Shown piece by piece: positions 1 through 12,785 of a stretch of 64,000 bases of DNA; the first letter of the stretch is position 1, and each line of letters opens with the position of its first letter. The notes beneath the pieces are model-generated. The model was given only the letters and a program-made list of their open reading frames with translations. It searched no databases and was not told the origin of the DNA. A program made the translations under genes and the position numbers. Source of the stretch: Sphyrna mokarran. Taxonomy: Eukaryota. The stretch spans positions 99,944,001 to 100,008,000 of the forward strand of contig JAGIQG010000004.1 of the NCBI GenBank assembly GCA_024679065.1. Reading direction: 5' to 3'.

Positions 1-662
1 CTCCACTTGCTCTGCCACCTTCAGAGACTTGTTCACCTGCACCCCCAGGTCCCTCTGCGTTTCTATACTCTTAATAGGTCTACCCTTTATCATATACCTC
101 CCCCCTACATTCTTTCTCCCAAAATGCATCACCTCACATTTATCAGGATTGAATTCCATCTGCCATCTATCTGCCCAAGCTACCAGCCTATCTATGTCCT
201 GCTGCATCGCCTGACAATGCTCCTCACTATCCGCAAGTCCAGCCATCTTTGTATCGTCTGCAAACTTGCTGATCACTCCAATTACTCCCTCTTCCAAGTC
301 ATTTATATATATTACAAATAGAAGAGGTCCCAGTACCGAGCCCTGCGGCACACCACTAGTGACTGACCTCCAGCTAGAAAAACAACCTTCCACTATTATT
401 CTCTGTCTCCTATTACCAAGCCAGTTACTTGTCCATCCAGCTACCTGTCCTTGTATCCCATTAACCTTGACCTTCTCAACTAACCTCCCATGAGGGACTT
501 TGTCAAATGCCTTACTAAAATCCATATAGACGACATCAACGGCTCGCCCTTCGTCCACTGTTTTCGTCACCTCCTCAAAAAATTCTACCAGATTTGTAAG
601 GCACGACCTCCCCTTAACAAATCCATGCTACATATCCCTAATCAGATCGCAACGCTCTAAGT
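1..662 (-). mobile_element. CR1 LINE, ORF2 reverse transcriptase fragment (runs off window edge)
   Basis: Minus strand translates to M*HGFVKGRSCLTNLVEFFEEVT...YMDFSKAFDKVPH...GVPQGSVLGPLLFVIYINDL...KFADDTK...WQMEFNPDKCEV; only one stop seen. Confidence 0.95.
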
Positions 663-1499
663 ACTCTATGAATAATATATTTTGTCTGTAAAGCACATAT
701 GGAACAATACTTTTTACTGTTTACTAATATATGTGAAAATAATAAAACAAATTTAAAAATCACTATCATTGTTATCACCTCTATTGAGTACAGAACTTGT
801 TTAGTTTCCTTGAGATGCGATGACCAGCATTGAAATAGTGTTCTCTAGATGAAGCCAGACCAGATCACTGGACAGTTTGCACTTTTCTGGGGATTTGTAC
901 TGACAGTTAATGCTCCTTGCACCTTCCAAGTCTTTAAACTATTTTTTCCACTTAAAGAAGCATATATTTTTTGAATTCCATTAATTACATTTGGAAATTT
1001 ATTTTGAAACTAGAAAAGAGTTGAACTTTTGCATAATTGGACACGGTTTGGAAAAAAGGCAGAATTCCTATCCCTAGAGATTCTGATATTCTGTCTTTCA
1101 AAGTTCATGGGACAGTTGCATAAAGCTCAATGTACTTTTCCACAAGCATTTAAGGATTTATACTGCTGTCCTCGAGACAATTTTGTGTTCAAAAAGACTT
1201 TTTTTCTTTTTCATCTGGATTGCAATTCTGTTTGTGGATTACAAAAGATGGAGCAATATACATTGAATAAAAATACAGGAACATTTAGGAATTTTTATTC
1301 TTCAAGGTTTCTTATTCTGTCGAGAAATGCTCAATTGAATGTTGTCAAGTCTAATGAATGTGATTAAACTGATGAGGATAGGGAGGAAATGCAAGGCCAT
1401 CCACAAAATATGTGGCTTTTATTTGATGGCAAATTTGTGATGTTACATTAATTGCCTGAGATTACCTATTTATTTTTGAAGAATGAGGAGAGACAATTG

Positions 1500-2150
1500 T
1501 ACAGTGCGTGTAACAATTTTAAAAGGGGTGCAAGAACAGGGGAACCTGGAGATGTATATCCGCTAATATTTGAAAGTAGCAAGGTATGAAAGCTGTTTAA
1601 AAAATGTGTGGAATTATTAGCCGTGTAATAGAAGCAACAAAAACAAGGAAGTTGTGCTAAACCATTTCAAGTCAGTCGATAGGCATAAGCTGAAGTATTG
1701 GGTTCAATTCTGTAAATCACACTACAGATAGAATTTTAAGGGCTTGGAGAAGTTGCAAAGGAGATTTGTTAGAGTTGTATCAGGAATTTCAGGACTTCAG
1801 TTATGTGGAGAGGCTAAAGAACACAGGATTATTTTCATTGAAGAAGAGAAGATTAATAGGAGAATTCAGACAGGCGTTCAAAATTATGACAGGATTAAAT
1901 AGGGTAGTTTGGATCTCACTGGCTGAAGAGTTACTACTCAGAAGCAACAAATTTAAGATAAATATTTTGTTGGATCGCAAAAGACTTAAGACTTCATATA
2001 CAAGAGAAAGGATTTTTAAAAAATGCTGTATGATTTGGAATGCACTATTTGAAAGGGTGGTAGAAGCATATTCAATACGAACTTTCAAAAGGGAATTTAT
2101 TAAATACTTCAAAAGGAAAAGGTTATAGACTATGGAGAAGGCTGGGGATG
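1500..2150 (+). mobile_element. Degenerate CR1 LINE 3' ORF2 fragment
   Basis: ORF 1766-2128 FSYVERLKNTGLFSLKKRRLIGE...IWNALFERVVEAYSIRTFK resembles the CR1 C-terminus (SYEERL..LGLFSLE.RRLRGD...WN.LP..VV.A). Confidence 0.85.
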
Positions 2151-2888
2151 GTAACGAGAATAATGGGATACCTCTTTCAAAGGGCCAGCATGATGGGAAT
2201 ACAGAATCACAAAATAAACAAATGTTTAATATATTTTTAAAAAGCACATTTTAATGTATTGCACTAATAAATAAATTGTAAATCTTGAAGTCTATGAAGG
2301 GTCAAAACAATCTAAAGTCTAATAATAACTGAGCTGAAATATGAGAACACACCAGCAAAATTGGAATTTCTTGAATGCATTCAATGTATTTTTTTGGACC
2401 AATATGTTCTCGCACCAATAAGATGGCAGACCACAAGAGTTTTAGTAATGAGTAACAAGCTAAACATAGTTAAAAATCTCACAGGAAGAGGAAATGTATC
2501 TAACACCGATTACAATAATCAAATTCAGTGCCAGGTTTGAAAAAAAGAAATTTAACTCAGTTAGTAAGTTTTTAAATTTTGAGAAAGCAAAGACAGAAAC
2601 TATAACCTACCAAATGGTCAAAGCACTTCTGTAAATTTACAATTGAATATGGATGTAAGGTCAAGCATCAGCTTTGATCTTGTCTCTCTTTTGGAGACCA
2701 TGAGTTGGATTTAATTGGAACTTGAATTTAATGTTTGGAGTAAGCCGGGAATTAATTCAGGGCTGCCTGGTCCACTCTGAACATTAGCTTTGTAACGTTA
2801 AGAATGGAGTAAAGAATAGTTTGAAAAAAAAATCATAATGTAACAGATTACAGGGCAAGTATGTGCCACAAAGAGAAAATAAATCTAT

Positions 2889-4563
2889 GGGCTCAATTTT
2901 ACATTGCGTGGTAAAGTCCGATGAGAGGCTATTAATGCAACCCCCATCTGCGCAGATGGCCACTTTGCCGAAACCCGGGAATGGCGGTGATTTGATTCGT
3001 GCCCAAAACAGGTGCAACAGCGATTTAAAAGCATTTGCATGCATAAATTGACTTAATGAACTGCTCGCCCAACTTTATCAGCATTTCCCTCTTTACCACT
3101 GTGTTCGTCATTCCGGAATCGTGCTGTAATGGACATGCCAAATAAAAATCTGAATCAAACGCTCCAGCTGCTGAGGAGGTGAGTTCAGAGCTTCCAATGG
3201 CTCTCTGACTCAGATCAGTGGTGGGAGGAGGGGGAGGAGGAGAAGGAGAAGGCAGGTCAAGTGTATCTCTGGTAGGGGGGGGGGGAGGTGGGAAGGGGAA
3301 TGCTGATCATTGTCTGGTGGGGAGGGAGGAGGAGAGGGTCAAATACTCCTCTAGTTGATGGCTGGTGAGTGAGGCCATTCTCCGGAGGCTGGGATGGGAT
3401 GCGTGAGGCCAGATTGTTGTCAGGGGGGTAGGAGACAGGAGAAGGGTAAGATATATCACAGGTGGGGGAAAGGAGAGAGAGCAGATGGATCGCAGCTGAT
3501 GGATCTCTGATGATAGGGGCAGATGGATCTCTGATGGGCCAGTGGAGAGTGGGGGGGAGGAGTAGGGGGGTCTGCTGCCACTCTGTTGGTGATCATTGGG
3601 GCGGGGAGGAGAATAGGGGTGGTGATCAGTTTGGGTAATGGGTGTGGCGTTGAATAAAGGGGACAGTGATGTGTGTGGGTAGGGGAGTGGATAAGGGAGA
3701 CAGTGATGTGTGTGGGTAATGGGGGTTGGATAAAGGGGACAGTGATGTTTGTCAGTAGTGGGGTGGAAAAGGGGATCAGTGATGTGTGTAGGTGGTAGGG
3801 ATGGGTGAATGAGGAGGATAGTAATGTATGTGGGTAGTGGCGGGGGGGGTAGATGTGGGGGACAGTGATGCGTGTGAGTAATGGAAAAGGTGGATAAACG
3901 GGACAGTGACGTGTTGGTAGTGGAGTAGCTAAAAGGGACAGTGATGTGTGTGGGTAGCGGGGAGGTGGATAAGGAGGACAGTGATGTGTCTGGGTAGTGA
4001 GGGGGTGGATAAGAGAGACAGTGATGTGTGTGGTTAGTGGGGAGGTGGATAAGGGGGACAGCGATGTGTGTAGGTAGTGGAGGGGAGAATAAGGGGGACA
4101 GTGATGTGTGTGGGTAGCGGGGCGTGGATAAGGGAGACAGTGATGTGTGTAGGTAGTGGGGGAAGTGAATAATGGGACCAGTGATGTGTGGGGGTTGTGG
4201 GGGTAGTGGGGGGATGAATAAGGGGAACAGTGATGTATGCACATAGTAGGGTGGGTGGATAAGGAGGACAGTGATATCTGTGGGGTCCATTGTCTCCGCT
4301 TTACGCTCCCGAGCTGCTTTCTCTGCTTTCTGCAGCTTGAAAGTGATCTGACATGGGCATGCTATTTCAAATCTTTTTTAACTGTGCATGTGCAGTTCGG
4401 AGCTCCAATCATTTCAGATGTGCTAAGTCCCACCCACAGCACAGATGGGACTTTGAATTTTTTTCAGGCTGAGTGGAATGGAGGCGCCTAAAAGCAGATT
4501 TCCAAATCGGATCTGCAGTACGTCTAAATTCAGCACTTAGAATGAAATGGTAAAATCGGGCCC
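2889..4563. mobile_element. Non-autonomous PIF/Harbinger-type DNA transposon
   Basis: TIRs GGGCTCAATTTTAC ... GTAAAATCGGGCCC; TAT on both flanks (2886-2888, 4564-4566); excision restores the CR1 reading frame. Confidence 0.85.
3660..4280. repeat. G-rich minisatellite, ~40-bp unit, about 16 copies
   Basis: Unit approx GACAGTGATGTGTGTGGGTAGNGGGGAGGTGGATAAGGGG recurs; explains the low-complexity 327-aa and 262-aa minus-strand ORFs. Confidence 0.92.
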
Positions 4564-7500
4564 TATCTGTCAAATAAAACAGCCATGGTCAGTAAAAGAG
4601 ATGTGAGGTAACATAAAACTAAGGAAAGAGCAAATAAAACTGCAGAATAGTGTACATTCTGAAGTTTGGAGATCTGTACAAAGGAAGACAAAGTTACAGT
4701 TAGAGCTGCAAAATACAATAAGAAGCTTATGAGTAATATCAAGATCAATACAAAAAGTATTGCAATACAATTCTGTTAGAATATAAAGGATAAAGGTTAA
4801 TATGGGCTCTTTAGAAACAATGTGGGTGATACTTCAAATTAAAATGAGGAAATAGCGGTCCTTTGAACAACAATTTGTGTCAACTACTCGGCCTCAGTTT
4901 TCACTGCGGAGGACAGCAGTACCATCCCAATAATAATAGAAAATGCAGAGGTAATAAGAAAGGGATAAGTATAGAATTATCATTATCTGGAGGAAAAAAG
5001 TACTGATGTAATTACTGGGATTGAAGGCAGACAAATCCACAGAGCCTCATAGGCTACATCCCTAGATCCTACAGGAAATAGCATTGGACAGAGTGGATCC
5101 ATTGGCTACAATATTTCAAAAATTCCCAGATGAGGGAATGATTCAGGTGGATTGGAAAATTGCTAATATAATACCCTTATTCAAGAAGAGGGAGACAAAA
5201 TGTAGAAAACTGTAGGTAAATTAGTTTAACATCTCAGTTGTTGTAAGTTGTTAGAATCTGTTATTATATTATCAGAACATTTGGAAAATCAAAATGCAAT
5301 CCATCAGAGGCAGTACGCTTTTATGAAGGGTAAACCATGTTTACCTAATTTGCTTGAGTTCTTCGAAGACACAACGAGCACAGTGAATAATGGCGGCCCT
5401 GTAGGTATGGTATACCTGGACTTCCAGTAGGCGTTTAATAAACTTCCACACAAGGTTGGTTCATATGGGATTAAGGATAATTTATTAGCTTGGATAGAGG
5501 ATTGGCTAACCAAAAGAAAGCAGAGAGTTGGGATAAACAGGTCTTTTTATAGTTGGCAAGATGCAGCTAGTGATATACCACAGGGTTCAGTTCTCAGGCT
5601 ACAATCATTTACAATCGATATTAATGATTTGGATGCAGGGTCCACATATGTATGTAAGACCCTTAGAGGCAGGAACTACAGCCAAATTTGCAGATGACAC
5701 TAAAATAGGTAGGATAGTAAGTTATGATAAAGAAAAAAAGAAATTTACAAATGGATATGTATAAGTGCGTAGAGCAAATTTGGCGAACGGAGTTTAAGGT
5801 GGTGTGGTTTCTATTTTGATAGGAAAAATACAAAGGCAAATGAGGAGAAACTCTGGAATCAGTGCAGAGAGATTTGGGTATCCTTTTGCATGAATCACAG
5901 AAATATAGTATGCAGGTACAGCAGATAATAAGAAAGATAAATGGAATCAGCTCCTCAAGACTGCTTTAACACTTGACAATATTGTCAACATTATACCACT
6001 GACTACAACTCAACTCTACTTAACTGACAGTAAAGTAATTTGGAACATTGTGAAAGGTGATGGTTCAATGTAGATGTTCTTTTTTTCATTATACTTGCAA
6101 TACTTGCATGTAGTAGACAGAGTGACTGTGTCATTGATGAATTAGAAGCCCATTGCTGAATCTCTGAAGATAATTAATCACTGAGCAATCAACTGACATT
6201 TGGAAAATAGCTACAAAGAAATCACTGCATTTACTAAATAATTGAATCATTTAGTTAATACAAACTTATCATTCTGACTTCTCTGATGTCAACACATCAT
6301 ACAGTTGTGTTGGACACTGAATTTTTGCCTACCTGTGGATTGCATATGAAGATGTATTATTCTTGTACCAAAAAATGTGTAAATAGTAATTTTTTTATTC
6401 AAGTTGTTGTTCAAGGTATGAAAGAAACAGACAAATTAAATGAATAAACCTAAGAAAGTTCAATAGTGAAAAAGAGTGCAACAGCAAACTCCTGAGAGAA
6501 ATAATTTCTCGAAAGACTTAAGTCATCGAATTGGGTTTCTATGAAGGCCTTTTTCATGATGACAGTTCTTTATGCTGTTTCTCTGGGATTTCAATGGAGT
6601 TACAATAGACGATTAATAATCCTTACCCCCAGAGAAATGATCATTTCACAGTGTAAACAAGCTTTGCTAAATTTTGAACAGGATGGTGTTGGGTGGGGTG
6701 GACTTAAATGGAATAAAGATTTGTAAAACCTTTCTTTAAACCATGTTTTTGGTGATAAATAAAGATTTCATTCCCAGATTTTGAGAGAGTGATAAAACGA
6801 GTGGTATCCTGTGTTACATCACTCCTGGCTTTCAGATTCTCACATTTATTTTGATGAGGGCCAATATTCTCAAACATCTGATATATCGATGCAACATGTC
6901 TCCAGAATTGTATCTATTTTGTGGCATAATAAAAATTTAGTCTGCTATTTATGTGCTGGCCTAAATTCAAAACTTAATTTTGCAAAGTGTACAGTATTTA
7001 CTTTGTGATTCTAAACCTCAGAAGTGTCACCTCTCCATGCTCAACACATACTTTCAACATCCCTCTTAACTCCCAAACACCACTTTCCAGTCATCCCCTT
7101 CTAATAACTCCTAATACCCCAGTAATTTCCATCAATCACCTCTCCAACCAGCCCTCCACCTCTCTCAATCCTCCCCCTAACATTCCCCAACACCCTCTAA
7201 CCCTCAATTTATTCAAAGATTACTATTCTAAAATTACCAATTTTAACCAATCTTCTCACTTGCTGTACTGCTTCTGACCTTCGTGTAACTTTGTGATTTT
7301 CTGGCAGGATTTTCAAAAAATATAAATTGGAATCACTAGTCTCTCTGAAGTTCAGAATCAGCAATGCAGCAGTTAGTGAAACTGACCTGAAAGACTGGCT
7401 TTACAAAAAAAATCAGTATTGTCAGACTGACAGTTCTGATTTATTTTTAATCTGATTTTTTGGGTTTGAAAGTCTGCAAGTGCAGGCTGGACAATGGAAA

Positions 7501-7620
7501 TTCCAGTTAAAGCACCAAGCCAGGGCACCACTTAGCCTCCATGCCCCAATGTTTGGCACCATCTGTGCCTTCATCCCGAGACTGCAAACCCCCTTCACTT
7601 TCCCAGACCCTGAGTCATTA

Positions 7621-7908
7621 AGGCGACACAGTGCCATTGTGGTTAGCACTGCTATCTCACAGTGCCAGGAAGCCGGGTTTAATTCCGGCCTCGGGCCACT
7701 GTCTGCATGGGTTTCCTCCAGGTGCTCTGGTTTCCTCCCACACTCCAAAGGGTTTAGTTGTTTGGCTATGCTAAATTGACCCTAGTGTCAGGGGATTAGC
7801 AGGGTAAATGTGTGGGGTTATGAGAATAGGGCCAGGGTGGGATTGTGGTCAGTGCAGACTCCATGGACTGAATGGCCTCCTTCTGTATTGTAGGGATTCT
7901 ATGATTCT
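7621..7908 (+). mobile_element. tRNA-derived V-SINE (HE1-like), CR1-type tail (type A)
   Basis: tRNA-like head, V-domain core TGGGTTTCCTCCAGGTGCTCTGGTTTCCTCCCA, tail GACTGAATGGCCTCCTTCTGTATTGTAGGGATTCTATGATTCT. Confidence 0.9.
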
Positions 7909-7910
7909 GT

Positions 7911-8037
7911 GAACAGAATTTTACTGGCATGTCCGCCCGAGGTTCAAAAGATACTACCTGTGGCCAACGGAGAACGCCACACTCCAAGCCTTGCCCGCCC
8001 CTGGAATTGAGGCGGATGTGCTGGTAAAATTTGGCCT
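7911..8037. mobile_element. ~127-bp MITE
   Basis: Imperfect TIRs GAACAGAATTTTACTGGCATGTCCGCC / GGCGGATGTGCTGGTAAAATTTGGCC. Confidence 0.75.
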
Positions 8038-8049
8038 ATGAGTCTTGGT

Positions 8050-8335
8050 AAAAGGGATTTAATTTTAAAATTGGAGTTCAGCTGTTCAGGAAAGATATCA
8101 CAACAACACTTCTCACATGAAGGCTGGTGGGAGTTTTGAACTTCACACAAAAACATTGCAGATTAACTCAATTCTTAATTTTAAACTTGAGATCAATAGG
8201 TTTTTTTTTGATTTTTGTTTCTATACAGGGTTCTAAAATGACATTGAGCTAAGGCAGGTAAGGTGCGCACTGTGATATTATTGAATAGAGTAACAGACTT
8301 GATGGAGCTGAATGGTCTGCATCTGTAACTACTCC
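8050..8335 (+). mobile_element. Old CR1 3' end fragment
   Basis: Ends with CR1-like tail CAGACTTGATGGAGCTGAATGGTCTGCATCTGT. Confidence 0.6.
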
Positions 8336-8697
8336 CTGACAAATTATTAAAATTATGCAATGATTTTCAACAGTATCTCAGAACTTAAGGCTCGAGGCAC
8401 AGAGTGGTCAAAACTCATCATCATCAAAGAGAATTCTCATAAACAATTCAAGTGAAAAGTCTCAAGGTAGCAAGCAGATTTAAGTTACCTTTTCTTTGTT
8501 GCATCTTCCCTGTAACTGCTTGGATGCAGTGCCAGTATTATGCCTTCTGGTTCCCAGAAGTTAAAAATAAACACATTTCCTTTGAACATATATCTCAGAT
8601 CTCACCATGTGCTGCAGATTGATAGATTGCAGTTCAACACCTGATTGTAGTGCATTGATATGGCATTCTGAATATGTAGTGCAGAACAATATATAAG

Positions 8698-9385
8698 ATG
8701 ATGGTGTCATGCTAATGTCCGTCGGCTAGTAATCCACAAGCCTAAACTAATGTTCAGTGGATGAAGGTTCAAATCCTAACATGACAGCTGGTGGAATTTG
8801 AATTCAGTTTAAAGTTTATTTATTAGTGTCACAAGTAGGCTTACATTAACACTGCAATGAAGTTACTGCGAAAATCCCTGAGTTGCCACATTTCAGCGCC
8901 TATACAGGTGCACTGAAGGAAAATTTAGCATGGCCAACATACCAACTAGCATGTCTTTTGGACTGTGGGAGAAAACTGGAGCACCTGGAGGAAACCCACG
9001 CAAGTATAGGGAGAACACTCAATTCTGCAAATGATGACCCAAACCAGGAATTTAACATCTGGGGCTGTGAGGCAGCAATACTAACCGCTGGGCCACCGTG
9101 CCACACTATTCAAACAATAATTTGGAATTGAATGGCAAGTCTCAGAAAAAATGACCATGAAACCATTGTCAATTGTCAGAAAAACACACTTTGTTTACTA
9201 ATGTCCTTTATGGAAGATAATCTGCTGTCCATACCTGGTCTGGCTTACATGTGAATCCTGACCACAGCAATGTAACCTTAACTGCCCTTTGAAATGATGT
9301 GACAAGCCCCTCCAGTTCAAAGGCAATTACGGATGGGCACCAAATGCTAGCCTTGCCAGTGATGCCACAACCCATGAAAAAAATG
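8698..9385 (+). mobile_element. tRNA-headed SINE (type C), interrupted by a V-SINE at 8809-9104
   Basis: B-box GGTTCAAATCC near 8766; body ACCTGGTCTGGCTTACATGTGA; tail GGATGGGCACCAAATGCTAGCCTTGCCAGTGATGCC...AAAAAAA; matches 16701-17090. Confidence 0.8.
8809..9104 (-). mobile_element. V-SINE with alternative tail (type B)
   Basis: Reverse-complement V domain (GGAGCACCTGGAGGAAACCCACGCA); tail CAGTAACTTCATTGCAGTGTTAATGTAAGCCTACTTGTGACACTAATAATAAAC on the minus strand. Confidence 0.9.
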
Positions 9386-9443
9386 AGCTAATCTAGTTTC
9401 TAACTCTTAGCAAATAATGTAACAAGAAAACATCCTTATCATA

Positions 9444-9736
9444 AAATCATAGAATCCTTGCAGTGCAGAAGAAGGACATTTGGCTCATCGAGTCTGCTCA
9501 GGCCCTACTCCAAAACCCCATGCTTTTACCACTAGATAGTGCCCTAGAAACTAAGGGGCAACTTGGCATGGTCAATTAACCTAACGTGCATATTTGTGGA
9601 TTGTGGAAGGAAACCGGAGCATCCGGAGGAACCATGCAGAAATGGGGAGAATGTGCAAACACCACACAGATAGTCACCTAAGCCGGGAATTAATCCGAGT
9701 GCTGTGAGGCAGCAGTGTTACCCACTATGCCGCCCC
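9444..9736 (-). mobile_element. V-SINE type A
   Basis: CATAGAATCC...GCAGAAGAAGG tail, V core and GTGAGGCAGCAGTG...GCCGCCCC head, all reverse-complemented. Confidence 0.88.
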
Positions 9737-11209
9737 TCAATATAACTATGCCAATCAATGACTTTTTTGTATTATGTCTAAACTAAAATTGATTAACAAT
9801 CAACTTTTACAATTAAATGGAACATCTTAGCAGCCTTTTATGGCTTTTTTTTCTAGAAAGCATAATTCAAAGTATTGCTTAGATGGTAGGATGTTGTGTC
9901 TCCATTTCATGGATTTGGCATTCATTGCTCTCAATGCTGTGTTGGCAATCTGTATTGGTGTTATTGGGCCTGGTGGTGTAGGAGTTGTGCGTGCTGCTGC
10001 CTGATGTGGTGTCATTTGTTTATGTTGTTGACTGTATGTTGGCGGTGCTGTTGATATTGTCTCACTGGTTAGTGATGTTGAAACTTTTCCTGCATTCCCA
10101 GCTCAGATATAGGTTGAACATGGATTCTATTCCTTCTCATTTGCTTTGTTTTTCATCTCAATTAATGACTCCAACCTTGGAGTCTCAGTTTCACAAGCTG
10201 AGTTCCAGATTTTTATGATTGAATTCTGTGTTTGTACATTTCGTACTTTCATCAAATTGGGCAGCAATTTCACCACCCTATATCTGTGTGAATTTTTATC
10301 CAGTCTGTAGGTCCTGAGCTTCTGGTGATTGTTTTCTTTTTCTTGAGCTTTGTTTCAAATTTTTCTCTTAGTTCTAGTAGTATGTGGGGCTGAGTCATTG
10401 ATCTCTATGTTAGATCAATAGTGATACCAAATGCACAACCTTCAAAACATCCAGCTATTTCATGAAAATGCAGATGCATTTGGTCCAGATCTTCCTCTCT
10501 GCTGATTAGAGGGCACATTGCAGTGTGTGCACTTTCTACAACTCCCTGTGACATTTCCTTTATTCCATCTTTTTTCTGAGATCAACTGCAACACTTCACA
10601 ACTGCTCAACTTCAGGACAGGAGGATCATTTGTTTCTATAACACAGGTAAAGTTTTTCCTTTTCATGTCCCTCTGATTTCAGGTATTGCTAATTGTTGAA
10701 TCTCAATATGCCAATTGCATGCTGTTAATCAGTTTCAGAGCATTTTTCTTTGGGAACCATTTTCTTTCAAACTTTCTGGAAATTCTTCTAATAGAGTTTG
10801 CGTGGGATGATGTCACTCTGTGCTCTGGTATCAAGATTCAGTTACATTTTTATAGATATGGGCTTATTTCTCACTTTTTTCCTGAACTAAATGGTTGTGT
10901 GAATGTCTTTTCTCTGTAAACTGTCACTTGCAGACATTTCAGCTATCTGTATGGTTCCTATGATTAATGTGCCCTCAAACTTACAATCAGCATCTGGGAT
11001 ATGATTATTTTGTTTCCTTTTTGCCTTATTGCTTTGCCTCTGTTAACTCCTTTATCATCTTTTTGCCTTGTTCAGCACATCTTTCGTCTGTGATTGAGTT
11101 GTCTCCAAGCTCTGCAGTTTGATGCATATGTGGGATATCTCCTTCTTTCTGTAAACTCATGATTATCCATGCTCTTGCACATATTTCTCTGTTTAGTGGG
11201 CATTCTTTT

Positions 11210-11597
11210 ATTTTGATTTGATTTATTATTGTCATTTGTATTAGCATACAGTGAAAAGTATTGTTTCTTGTATGCTATACTGAAACAGCATACCATAGGT
11301 AGAGAAGAAAATGAGAGAGTGCAGAATATAGGCAGAATATAGTGTTACAGTCATAGCGAGGGTGTAGAAAAAGATCAACTTAAAGCAAGGGAAGTGCATT
11401 CAAAAGTCTGACAGCAGCAGGGAAGAAGCTGTTGTTGAGTTGGTTGGTACGTGACCTCAGACTTTTGCATCGTTTTTCTGAAGAAAGAAAGTGAAAGGGA
11501 GAATGTCCGGGGTGTGTGGAGTCCTGAATTATGTTGGCTGCTTTGCCGAGCCAGCATAAACTGTAGACAGAGTCAGTGAGTGGGAGGCTGATTTGCT
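11210..11597 (-). mobile_element. Rex1/Babar-type LINE 3' fragment
   Basis: Minus ORF has HPGHSPFHFLSSEKRCKSLRSRTNQLNNSFFPAAVRLLN; 3' end AATAATAAATCAAATCAAAAT. Confidence 0.82.
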
Positions 11598-12587
11598 GTT
11601 TCACTGCATCAACTTTGCTGCCTTTCTTTTGACATAACTAAATATAACTGGTAGTCTGCACCTTTATCTGTCTCCTGATGGCATCCTGTTCTTTGGCAGT
11701 ATCTACAACCTATGATAGATTGAGCTTATTCTTTACAATCAAATGTACTTTATGTATGCAGAACACCAGAAGATCTAATCTACCAGTCTTCCATCTGTTT
11801 TGTTCAAATCTATTTTGCTGGCTACAGTTTTCAACCTCCTGAGGAAATTGTCATTAGGCTCACCTGGTTCCTTCCTTAGACTCATAAATCTAGATCCACT
11901 AATTTGCTTTTAGCCGGAGAAGTATGCTAAATTAAAAAAAAACTATTGTTTTATTACCATTCTCAATAATCTACCAGCCCAGTTGAACAAATTTAACTTT
12001 TTGTCTACTGTTGTCAAAAGGATGAACCTAACTCTTCCTGCTACATTGGTGCCATTTAGAAAACTGCTGAATATTAACCTTCTCAAATGCGTCCATGATA
12101 TAATTTCCAAATTAATTATGTGCTGTAACTGTGTATTCATTGCTGCAGCAAGGGCCAGTTTGGTTTTGTTTTTGCAGGATTCACTCAGTTTTTCTCTTCC
12201 ACTTTGGCGCTTGTTCAAGTTGATTTTTCTCAATCCAATGAAACATTGAGTCAGCTTAAAATGTTTGGGTTTTACTCAGAGTTCTGTTGCCTCTGTGTTG
12301 CCTTGTGAATCCCAGAATTTAAAAAAAATCACACATTTAGATACAAAGAGCTGGAGATTTCTTTGAATGTGCATCACAGATCTCACCATATGCCAACTCA
12401 TTGATACATCGCTGTAGAGCACTAGTTTAGTGTAGTTGTATGTGGTGCGGCATTCTGGATATACATGCACATAATAAATATTGTTTCTCACTCTTTGCCA
12501 ACAACACAAACAATAAAACAACTCCCTTTGAGAATCTGTGTTCTAATCATACTGCATTCCAGTCCCTGATCTTGTTCCCAGTAATTC

Positions 12588-12680
12588 AGAAAACAAAAAA
12601 CACTGGAAAAACTCTGCAGGTCTGGCAGCATATGTGGAGGGAGAAAATAGAGATAACTTTTGGAGTCCGTGTGATTTCTT
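12588..12680 (-). mobile_element. Short Penelope-like terminal fragment
   Basis: AAAACACTGGAAAAACTCTGCAGGTCTGGCAGCATATGTGGAGGGAGAAAATAGAG; related pieces near 28210-28320 and 56920-56990. Family assignment from recall. Confidence 0.5.
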
Positions 12681-12785
12681 AATTTTCAATTTGGCAAAAG
12701 TTGGTACCCTTGTTGCTCTTCTCTGCAAGCAATTATTAAAAAGAGATCCAGAGCGTAGTACCATCAATATCAGTTAATTGATACA

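Larger units (their letters stand above)
2290..5950 (+). mobile_element. Old CR1 LINE ORF2 (endonuclease to RT), split by a DNA transposon at 2889-4563
   Basis: EFLECIQ/LDQYV-like motifs near 2365-2420, KYVP...KQPW across the insertion, QYAFMKGKPCLPNLLEFFE and YLDFQ at 5310-5430, KFADDTKIG near 5690. Confidence 0.85.

Noticed and set aside
3660-4280. CRISPR-like periodic array
   Set aside because: Units are degenerate tandem copies without unique spacers; eukaryotic context and no cas genes.
3307-4290. 327-aa and 262-aa Pro/His/Thr-rich ORFs
   Set aside because: Translation of a C-rich minisatellite strand that happens to lack stops; lies inside a TIR element.
7621-7700. tRNA genes at the many A-box/B-box motifs
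   Set aside because: All are SINE heads followed by body and tail; no complete cloverleaf seen.
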